Of a stretch of DNA of 64,000 nucleotides, positions 56,475 to 64,000 are shown piece after piece. The DNA is from an uncultured Acidobacteriaceae bacterium (lineage in GTDB: Bacteria > Acidobacteriota > Terriglobia > Terriglobales > Acidobacteriaceae): assembly GCA_963765995.1 (NCBI GenBank), contig CAVXYT010000023.1, positions 6,995 to 70,994 on the forward strand, written 5' to 3'. Below the pieces are notes generated by a model. The model was given only the letters and a program-made list of their open reading frames with translations, did not search any database and was not told where the DNA came from. A program made the position numbers and the translations under genes. How positions within the stretch are numbered: position 1 is the stretch's first letter; every line of letters starts with the position of its first letter.

Positions 56475-57407
56475 ATGTACAAATCCTTCTTTGGCCTTCG
56501 CGTCCTTCCTTTCGGAACAAGCCCGGACCCGCGGTTTCTCTTCCTGAGGCCGCAGATCAGGGAGGCGCTTGCCTGCCTGCAATACGGCATTGCAGCGCGC
56601 AAGGGCTTTGTGGTCATGACGGGAGAAGTGGGAACAGGGAAAACAACACTGCTCAGGGCAGTTCTGGACACGTTTGCCAAGGGGCGCATTGCGACGGCTT
56701 TCGTTTCCAATCCGCGCCTGGATGTACTTGACTTTTTCGAATTGATGCTCACGGACTTCGGCATCCCGCCCAAGACGCGGACGAAGTCAGCTATGCTTTT
56801 GCAACTCAATGGCTGGCTCATCGAGCGCTTCCGCGCTCATCAGCTGTGCGCCATAGTGGTCGATGAAGCGCAGGATCTTTCCTGGGAACTTCTCGAAGAG
56901 ATTCGTTTGCTGACCAATCTCGAGACCTCATCGGAGAAGCTGGTGCAGATTGTCCTTTCCGGCCAGCCTGAACTCGAAGAAAAGCTCTACCACCCAGATC
57001 TTCGCCAGCTTCGCCAGCGCGTTTCCCTGTGGTGCAGAACCAAGTCGCTGAACAGCGAAGAGACGCAGGCTTACATCAAAGAAAGATTGCGCATCGCAGG
57101 AGCCAGCCAGCCGGTGTTCTTGCCTGATGCGGCGGAACTTGTCTATCACTACTCGAAAGGAATTCCTCGCATCATCAATCTGATCTGCGAGCATGCCTTG
57201 ATCGACGCTTATGCTGAACAGGTCAAGCCGGTCCCGGCGTACATCGTTGAGTCTGTCGGTCTGGAGCTCGATCTTGCTCAGCATCCATTCACAATCTCGT
57301 ACCCGGCCATGCAAGCGTTGATGAAGCGTACTCTGCAACCCAATATGCTCAACACCATAACACCCGTCGCCGACAGCGCGGGCTCACTGAAGGAACGTGA
57401 AATATGA
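56475..57407 (+). CDS. ExeA-family AAA ATPase (exosortase/EPS-associated)
   Basis: FFGL..LPF..SPDPRF, TGEVGTGKTT, VVDEAQ, LSGQPEL, LRQLRQR, GIPRIINLIC. Confidence 0.92.
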   Translation: MYKSFFGLRVLPFGTSPDPRFLFLRPQIREALACLQYGIAARKGFVVMTGEVGTGKTTLLRAVLDTFAKGRIATAFVSNPRLDVLDFFELMLTDFGIPPKTRTKSAMLLQLNGWLIERFRAHQLCAIVVDEAQDLSWELLEEIRLLTNLETSSEKLVQIVLSGQPELEEKLYHPDLRQLRQRVSLWCRTKSLNSEETQAYIKERLRIAGASQPVFLPDAAELVYHYSKGIPRIINLICEHALIDAYAEQVKPVPAYIVESVGLELDLAQHPFTISYPAMQALMKRTLQPNMLNTITPVADSAGSLKEREI

Positions 57408-58324
57408 GCCGCATATACGATGCACTTCAAAGGGCGGATCTTGAACGGCAAGCCGCCAAGGGAACAGACTCCACAACAACTGACGATCCGTTCGTTCTCC
57501 CCGGCGCCGAGGCTTTGCGGCCGATCAAGACCGGCGTCATCCTTGAGAACATCACACAGCATTCGTGGCAGCCATCGATGGCCTCCCTTCCGACGCTCGG
57601 AGACCGCGGCGAAAGCATCGAGCAGTTTCGCGGCCTGCGATCACAAATCTATCAGTTTCGCGATAAGTCTCCGCTAAAGACGATTCTTGTCAGCAGCGGC
57701 ATGCCCTCGGAAGGCAAGACCTTTGTAGCTGCAAATCTGGCCATTAGCCTTGCGCGCAACAGTAACAACACGGTTCTACTCATTGACGCCGACCTGCGCA
57801 AGCCCGCGCTCCACGAAATCCTGGGCGCTCCCAACACGCCGGGGCTCATGGAGTATCTCGCGGGAACCGCGGAAATGCATGACATACTGCAGCGCAACCA
57901 GGCTCCCCGCAATGTCGATGCCGACCTCTTGCACAATATCCCGGATTTTACCTTTATACCCGCCGGCACGGGCGGCGACAACTCTTCAGAGCTCATCGCA
58001 AATCACCGTATCGAAGAACTGATAGCCGCCCTTTCACCGCTCTTCGACTGGATCCTGATCGACTCCCCGCCAGCCCTCGTGTTTGCGGATGCAACCGATA
58101 TGTCCCGCGCCGCCGATGCAGTATTGCTTGTTGCCCGCGGAGCAACCACGCCTTTCGATGTAGCGCAGCGCGCGCAGGCCGCCTTCAGCAACTCGCGCAT
58201 CCTCGGCTTCGTGCTGAATGCAGTCAAGAACGCTCCACGCAACACCTCTTACTACTACGGATACGGCAAGCAAGAGACTGGCGCCGGATCGCACCGGCGA
58301 AAGGATAAGCAGAAACAAGGATGA
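57404..58324 (+). CDS. CpsD/CapB family BY-kinase
   Basis: EQFRGLR, SGMPSEGKTFVAANLA, LLIDADLRKP, LIDSPP, Tyr cluster SYYYGY. Confidence 0.93.
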   Translation: MSRIYDALQRADLERQAAKGTDSTTTDDPFVLPGAEALRPIKTGVILENITQHSWQPSMASLPTLGDRGESIEQFRGLRSQIYQFRDKSPLKTILVSSGMPSEGKTFVAANLAISLARNSNNTVLLIDADLRKPALHEILGAPNTPGLMEYLAGTAEMHDILQRNQAPRNVDADLLHNIPDFTFIPAGTGGDNSSELIANHRIEELIAALSPLFDWILIDSPPALVFADATDMSRAADAVLLVARGATTPFDVAQRAQAAFSNSRILGFVLNAVKNAPRNTSYYYGYGKQETGAGSHRRKDKQKQG

Positions 58325-59694
58325 TCAGACTTTTTAACGTCTACTATCCTACACGGACTTTGGTGCTGCTTCTTTGCGAGGTGCTCCTCGTGGGCGGCTC
58401 ATTTCTGCTGGCCACCGCCTGCCTCATGGGGCCGGATACTTACATCGTTCTGTTCTACGAGAACGGGTTGCTGAAGATCGCCGGCATCACCGTCTTCACC
58501 CTGCTCCTCACTTATTACTTCGATCTGTATGAACCGCGTCGCATCTCAGAGAGCTGGGAGATATACTTCCGCCTGCTGCTCGTTCTCGGAGTGCTATCTT
58601 TTGTTCTCGCCGGGATCGTCTATTTTGCCCCAGATCTGGATATCGGCCCTTATGTTTTTGTCGTTGGTATCTCCTTCCTTGCAGCTCTTCTCGTCTTCTG
58701 GCGCGGGGCCTATGAGTGGATCATCGGTCTCCCCATGTTTCGCGAGCGGGTCTATGTTCTGGGCTGCGGCGAGCGGGCTCGCGCCGTGGTCGAGCTACTG
58801 CGGACCAGCCGCGATGCCGGCATGGAAGTCATCGGCTGGAAAGGCGAGAGCGAAGTCCATGGACTGCTCGATCACTTCTCCGCGGATCTTCGCTCCTTCC
58901 GCGGCTTGAGGCCCGGCATTGATCGCGTCATTGTTGCAATGGAAGAACGTCGCGAATCGATGCCTGTTCGAGAACTGCTTGACCTTCGTCTCTGTGGCGT
59001 TGTCGTTGAAAATTCCAACGAGCTCATGGAGCGGCTTTCGGGCAGACTGCCGCTGGACGGTCTCAATCCTAGCACCCTCATCTTCTCTGAGGGCTTCCGA
59101 ATGAGCGCATTGCAGCAGCTTTTCCGGCGTTTGCTCTCCTTCGCAGTTTCTTTTATTGCGCTATTGATTTGCCTGCCGTTTATCCCGCTGATCATTCTTG
59201 CGGTTCGCCTCTCGTCACCAGGACCCATCTTTTTTAGCCAGACGCGAGTCGGACAGCGCGGGCGCTTGTTTACCGCCTATAAGTTCCGCACTATGCGGGT
59301 GGACGCCGAAACGCAGGGAGCAGTGTGGGCGACCAAGAACGATCCGCGCGTCACTCCGATTGGCAGGTTCATGCGAAGCACTCGGCTCGACGAGATTCCG
59401 CAGCTCTGGAACGTCCTTTATGGAGACATGGCCTTTGTCGGTCCCCGTCCTGAGCGCCCGGAGTTTGTGCAGTGGCTTAACCAGGAGATTCCCTTCTACG
59501 ACGTGCGTCACATGATTCGCCCAGGTATTACCGGTTGGGCACAGGTGCGCTATCAATACGGCGCAAGCCTGGAGGAGACCAAGCGGAAGCTCGAATACGA
59601 TCTCTACTACGTCAAGCACCAGTCGATTGGTCTCGACTTGCTCATCATGTTTGAGACCATCAAAACAATCATTCTGCGGAGGGGCGCCCAGTGA
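58321..59694 (+). CDS. Priming polyprenyl-phosphate sugar transferase
   Basis: SPGPIFFSQTRVG, YKFRTM, DPRVT.IGRFMR.TRLDEIPQLWNVL.GDM.FVGPRPERP, PGITGWAQV, KLEYDLYY. Confidence 0.95.
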   Translation: MIRLFNVYYPTRTLVLLLCEVLLVGGSFLLATACLMGPDTYIVLFYENGLLKIAGITVFTLLLTYYFDLYEPRRISESWEIYFRLLLVLGVLSFVLAGIVYFAPDLDIGPYVFVVGISFLAALLVFWRGAYEWIIGLPMFRERVYVLGCGERARAVVELLRTSRDAGMEVIGWKGESEVHGLLDHFSADLRSFRGLRPGIDRVIVAMEERRESMPVRELLDLRLCGVVVENSNELMERLSGRLPLDGLNPSTLIFSEGFRMSALQQLFRRLLSFAVSFIALLICLPFIPLIILAVRLSSPGPIFFSQTRVGQRGRLFTAYKFRTMRVDAETQGAVWATKNDPRVTPIGRFMRSTRLDEIPQLWNVLYGDMAFVGPRPERPEFVQWLNQEIPFYDVRHMIRPGITGWAQVRYQYGASLEETKRKLEYDLYYVKHQSIGLDLLIMFETIKTIILRRGAQ

Positions 59695-60938
59695 AAATCA
59701 TCTTCTGGCTGTCGCTGATAGGCATCCTCTACACCTACCTGGGATATCCCGCGGTGATGTGGATGCTCGCCCGGCTGCGTCCACGGCCCTGGACAGCCAG
59801 GCCGATCTCTCCCAGTGTGAGTGTTGTGCTTGCGGTGTATAACGGCGAGGCGCTGCTCCCGCGCAAGATCGAGCACCTGCTTGGCCTCGACTATCCCAAC
59901 ATCAAAGAGATCATCATCGTCTCGGATGGCTCAACCGACGACACAGCGGAATTGCTGGCTCGTCAGCGCCATTCGCGCCTCATCACGGTCATCCTTGATG
60001 AGCACAGTGGCAAGGCGGTTGCCGTCAACGCCGGTGTGTCGAAAGCCACGGCGGAAGTGATCCTCTTCGTGGATCTTCGGCAAGAGATCGCTCCCGGCGC
60101 GATTCAGAAGTTAGTCAGCAACTTCGCAGACCCGAATGTTGGCTGCGTAACCGGCGAATTGATTCTGCGCAAGGAATCCCACGACGGCGCCTCCGCGGCT
60201 GTCAGCGGGGTTTATTGGCGCTATGAGAAATGGATCAGGAGTTGTGAATCTATCTGCGGTTCCCCGGTCGGCGTCTCTGGTTGTTTCTACGCGATTCGCC
60301 GCGAACTCGCCGTGCCGCAGCCGGCCGGAATAATCCTGGATGATATGTTCCAGCCGCTTTCGATTATCCGCAAGGGCTACCGGTCAGTCATTGATGCGCA
60401 TGCCTGCGTCTACGACACCTGGCCAGCGAGAATTGAAGAGGAGTTTCATCGTAAGGTGCGCACACTGGCTGGAAACTTCCAGCTCTTCCGTCTTGCGCCG
60501 TGGACGCTGACTCCGCGGAATCCAGTCCTCTTTCAGCTTGTCTCGCACAAGGTCATGCGACTTGTGGTGCCTTACCTGCTGGTTCTGCTGCTTATCTCCA
60601 CATTGGCGCTTTCGGGCGGCTCGCTCATCTATGCGGCATTCGCCGCCCTGCAGATTTTCGGCTGGACCGTCGCTATTGCCGGCCTGCGCTACCGGATTCC
60701 CGCTCTGCATCGGGTCACGGCTCCGGCCAGCGCGCTGCTCGTGCTCAAAGTTGCCGCCGTCGTTGGGCTTTATAGATTTCTCTTTACGCGTGGTCCGCTT
60801 TGGAAGATATGGACTTCTCATGGGCCGGGAGAGCAGACTGCAGCTCCTGATACTGCGAACTCCGCGCCGCCGGAACCCTTTGCGCCTGCCGCGGGAAATG
60901 ACAAACGTAGAATTCTCTTGAATGATTCACATCGATGA
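59691..60938 (+). CDS. GT2 glycosyltransferase
   Basis: VSVVLAVYNGE, VSDGSTD, GKAVAVN, YWRYE, ILDD, R.RTLAG; TM helices at both ends. Confidence 0.9.
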   Translation: MKIIFWLSLIGILYTYLGYPAVMWMLARLRPRPWTARPISPSVSVVLAVYNGEALLPRKIEHLLGLDYPNIKEIIIVSDGSTDDTAELLARQRHSRLITVILDEHSGKAVAVNAGVSKATAEVILFVDLRQEIAPGAIQKLVSNFADPNVGCVTGELILRKESHDGASAAVSGVYWRYEKWIRSCESICGSPVGVSGCFYAIRRELAVPQPAGIILDDMFQPLSIIRKGYRSVIDAHACVYDTWPARIEEEFHRKVRTLAGNFQLFRLAPWTLTPRNPVLFQLVSHKVMRLVVPYLLVLLLISTLALSGGSLIYAAFAALQIFGWTVAIAGLRYRIPALHRVTAPASALLVLKVAAVVGLYRFLFTRGPLWKIWTSHGPGEQTAAPDTANSAPPEPFAPAAGNDKRRILLNDSHR

Positions 60939-60956
60939 GAGGAACATTAAGCCGTC

Positions 60957-62066
60957 ATGAGACCCTTGAAAGCGCTGGCCATTTTCATGCTGGGAGTCAT
61001 GGCGGGAATGGGAGCCATCGTGGCTATCCACCGTCTCCACAACCACATCGTCTTCGCCAGGAGTGCCCAGCACCTCAAGGCCCACATCGCCTTTGCGCTG
61101 GATAGAGCTTTAGGCGGCAAGGCAAGGGCGGCAAGGCTGGAGCACGTCGTCGCGCCTGCGGCCTATTTTCCCGCGGGTTCAATCTGGACACAGGACATAA
61201 GTCACGCGCCCCTCGATCCTCAATCCTCCACAATCATCGCCTGGCTCGAGGGTGCGGGCGGATGGGGACACAACAATAAGGTACAAGTCGATTTCGCCAT
61301 GCGGGTATTGCAGGCGGACGCCTCCACGCCACAAGTTCCCTTTCGCAAAGGTTTGGGGTTTTACACTCGGGATTCCGACATGGTCTCAACCTTTCCCCTT
61401 CCTGCCGGTGGCGGCATAGAAGGGCAGGCCGACTATCAGTGCCCTATTGACCAGAGCGATTGCCACCTGATTGTGGCCGACCGTGGCCACGCCAAACTCT
61501 ATGAAGCCTATCAGGCCAACTACGCGGATGGCGCTCTTTCCGCAACCGGCCTTGTGGTGTGGGACCTCAATCGCATTTATCCGCCGTCGGGACGTGGAGA
61601 TCAATGCACCAGTACCGACGCCGCCGGCTTCCCGGTCGCGCCGCTGCTCTTCAATGCCGACGAACTCGCTACAGGAAGCATCAACCACGCCATCCGCTTT
61701 ATTCTCCCCAATCCGCGGATTCGCGCGCACGTTTTTGTGCATCCTGCCACTCACGCCGGTGCTCCGCGCGGGCCGATTGATGCTCCTCCAATGGGCGCCC
61801 GCTTCCGCCTGAAAGCCTCGTACGATATGTCGCAACTAACACCCGCGGCGCAAGTCGTCGCGCGAGCCATGCAGAAATACGGCATGTTCCTATCCGACGG
61901 CGGCAATATCGCCCTCACCGCGCAGAATGACGCTGATACGAAAGCAAAGTACGCCGACATTGATTTCGGCCCTCGCGATTTGGCGGATCTGAAAGTGACA
62001 GACTTTGAAGTTGTCGATTTTGGAACCCCAATCCGATTAACCGATGACTGTGTGCGGAATCCATGA
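60957..62066 (+). CDS. Membrane-anchored or secreted protein of unknown function in the EPS operon
   Basis: N-terminal hydrophobic helix; motifs WTQDIS.AP.D, DCHLIV, STDAAGFP, INHAIRF, PMGARFRL, YGMFLSDGG. Confidence 0.7.
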   Translation: MRPLKALAIFMLGVMAGMGAIVAIHRLHNHIVFARSAQHLKAHIAFALDRALGGKARAARLEHVVAPAAYFPAGSIWTQDISHAPLDPQSSTIIAWLEGAGGWGHNNKVQVDFAMRVLQADASTPQVPFRKGLGFYTRDSDMVSTFPLPAGGGIEGQADYQCPIDQSDCHLIVADRGHAKLYEAYQANYADGALSATGLVVWDLNRIYPPSGRGDQCTSTDAAGFPVAPLLFNADELATGSINHAIRFILPNPRIRAHVFVHPATHAGAPRGPIDAPPMGARFRLKASYDMSQLTPAAQVVARAMQKYGMFLSDGGNIALTAQNDADTKAKYADIDFGPRDLADLKVTDFEVVDFGTPIRLTDDCVRNP

Positions 62067-62201
62067 CGCGGCAGGCGCCTTTTCCGTCTCAATCTAAGCG
62101 CAATAGTGGCGTGAGCGAAAGTTACTCAGGATTGAAGATAAAAGCAATCAATGTGTCCTGTCCTATCCTTGCACTAGCGAGATTATTAAAGGGGATCTTG
62201 A

Positions 62202-62990
62202 ATGAATACTCCAACTGACGACCAGCCGCTGCTTTCCATTGTTGTTCCGGCCTACAACGAAGAAGCCACGTTGTCCGAGATAGTGGCGCGTCTGCTGGCG
62301 GTTCCGAACGCCGGCGAAATCATCATCGTCGATGATTGCTCTACCGATGGGACGCGGGCGATCGCCGACCGGTTGGCGGCGGAACACCCGACGATCAAAG
62401 TCGCCCGCCATTCCAGAAACCGGGGCAAAACCGAGGCGCTGAAGACGGGCTTTTCGCTGACGACAGGCCGAATCGTCATCGTTCAGGATGCCGACCTGGA
62501 ATACGACCCCGCGGAGATCGGCGACGTGATTGCGCCGATTGTGGAAGGCTACGCGGATGTGGTTTACGGCTCTCGCTTTCTTGTGCGCAAGGCATCGCGT
62601 GTGCTGTACTTCTACCACTACCTCGGCAACAAGTCACTGACATTTCTTTCGAACCTGTGCACAAACGTTAACATGACCGATGTCGAAACCTGTTATAAGG
62701 CGTTTCGCGGCGATATTATCCGCAACATGAAGATCATCAGCACCGGATTTGGCTTCGAGATTGAAGTTACTGCGAAAGTGGCCAAACTTGGCGTCGCCAT
62801 CTACGAGGTGCCGATTTCGTATCACGGGCGGACTTACGAGGAGGGGAAAAAGATCGGGATGAAGGATGGCATCGCGGCGCTGTGGTATATCTTGCGGTTC
62901 AACTTCCTCTGCAGCCTCGAGGATTCCTTCCGCGCTCTTCCGGAGGCCGGAAGCGCGCAGCGCGCCGCCAGAAAGAAGAGCGCTAGTTAG
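62202..62990 (+). CDS. DPM1-like GT2 glycosyltransferase
   Basis: LSIVVPAYNEE, VDDCSTDGT, NRGK..AL..G, QDADLEYDP, VYGSRF, TDVETCYK, FEIEVT. Confidence 0.93.
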   Translation: MNTPTDDQPLLSIVVPAYNEEATLSEIVARLLAVPNAGEIIIVDDCSTDGTRAIADRLAAEHPTIKVARHSRNRGKTEALKTGFSLTTGRIVIVQDADLEYDPAEIGDVIAPIVEGYADVVYGSRFLVRKASRVLYFYHYLGNKSLTFLSNLCTNVNMTDVETCYKAFRGDIIRNMKIISTGFGFEIEVTAKVAKLGVAIYEVPISYHGRTYEEGKKIGMKDGIAALWYILRFNFLCSLEDSFRALPEAGSAQRAARKKSAS

Positions 62991-63092
62991 GCTGTTCCCC
63001 CATCTCGTTGGGTCATGCAAAGTATGAGAACCCTATTTATAACACACTCCGGCTACCGAAGAGCCGTGATCAGATGTTCGCCCGAAACAGGC

Positions 63093-63998
63093 TCATCGAG
63101 CTGCGGCCGCCCTGCCCGCAACTCGCGGGGTGTTGCGATAAAGGTCCATGTAGGCGTCGACCATAGTTTGCAGAGTAAAGCGCGAGTTAAACGCTTCCTC
63201 GGCGTTCGTCGAGAATCGCTTCCGTTCCGCATCACTGGCCGCCAGCCGCAGAATCGCTGCAGCCATCTCTGCAGGATCTGCCGCAGACACAGTAAACCCT
63301 GCCTGCGCCAGCCGCACAACTTCCGCCATTCCGCCCACGTCGGTCACAATTGCCGGGAGTCCCAGCGAGAGGGCCTGCAGGAGGGACATGGGCAATCCCT
63401 CCGACTTCGACGACATGATAAATGCGTCGGCCGCGGAAAAGAACGGCGCCACGTCGAGTTGCTGTCCCCAGAATGTGACTTGCGAAGCGATGCCCAACTC
63501 TCTAGCCAAACTCTCCAGGGCCTTTCGCTCGCTGCCCTCGCCCACCATCCAAAGCTGCAAATCCGGTATAGACCAGAGCGCGGCGCGAAAGGCATTCAGT
63601 AGCAGCGCATGGTTCTTCACCGGCTCAAGCCGGCCGACGTAAACCAGCGTGAATCCTTCTTTCCGAGGCAAGAGTTCTTTCGTCACGCGCTCTATAGGTA
63701 CTGCGCCGTTATAAATGCGCACAATCTTTCTTGGCGAGACACTGTGAATACTCTTCATATTATTCGCCGTTGCGTCGCAGATGCCGACAATCCAGTCGCA
63801 ACAGGTAGCCGCAAAGGCATATTTCAACTCTGCAATTAGCCTGCGCGGCGCGGCCACGAGGCTATGGCGAGTCGACACAATGCTTGGCACGCCGGCTATC
63901 CGGGCAGCCATGGCAGCATAAACTGTCGGCGTCGGATTATGAAGATGAACCACGTTGGGATGCGATTCTTTGAAGATGTGGAAGAAATTCCGCGCGGA
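63093..63998 (-). CDS. GT4 glycosyltransferase (5' end outside window)
   Basis: VVHLHN, VGRLEPVKNH, VGEG, FIMSS.SEGLP.SLLQAL..GLP.IVTDVGG. Confidence 0.92.
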   Translation of the reverse strand, partial: SARNFFHIFKESHPNVVHLHNPTPTVYAAMAARIAGVPSIVSTRHSLVAAPRRLIAELKYAFAATCCDWIVGICDATANNMKSIHSVSPRKIVRIYNGAVPIERVTKELLPRKEGFTLVYVGRLEPVKNHALLLNAFRAALWSIPDLQLWMVGEGSERKALESLARELGIASQVTFWGQQLDVAPFFSAADAFIMSSKSEGLPMSLLQALSLGLPAIVTDVGGMAEVVRLAQAGFTVSAADPAEMAAAILRLAASDAERKRFSTNAEEAFNSRFTLQTMVDAYMDLYRNTPRVAGRAAAAR

Positions 63999-64000
63999 GT

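Noticed and set aside
50900-62990. PEP-CTERM sorting substrates
   Set aside because: No ORF ends with a VPEP motif, TM helix and basic tail

Overview
GC-rich chromosomal window that looks like an Acidobacteriaceae-type genome (inferred from gene content: ECF sigma/DUF5668/DUF4097 operon, exosortase EPS locus, characteristic intergenic repeats). Left to right: alr and an ICMT-like gene; an ECF sigma/anti-sigma envelope-stress operon; housekeeping genes (glgC, YdcF, nitroreductase, maf, iaaA); a ~19 kb single-strand phage-like head-tail cluster (13.4-32.5 kb); typA, a mug-family glycosylase, recA, vapBC, uvrD/pcrA, trpC-trpF; and an exosortase-associated exopolysaccharide locus running off the right edge. 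The best candidate for an undescribed system is the head-tail cluster. It encodes a giant signal-peptide-bearing tailspike-like protein, large terminase, portal, protease, scaffold, capsid, neck, tail tube, hub and a holin-like protein, all as open ORFs. I see no integrase, repressor, replication, tape-measure or endolysin gene and no att repeats. It carries host repeats, a HipA-like kinase/DUF3037 pair with its own candidate promoter, and an intrinsic terminator just before the portal gene. This fits a domesticated gene-transfer-agent-like particle (inference). Also notable: a 35-bp covarying palindrome inserted five times inside protein-coding genes, heptamer-repeat hairpins at the cluster's gene junctions, and in-frame TAA codons in uvrD and in a secreted-protein gene. 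All family calls are from motif recognition; no database search was run.
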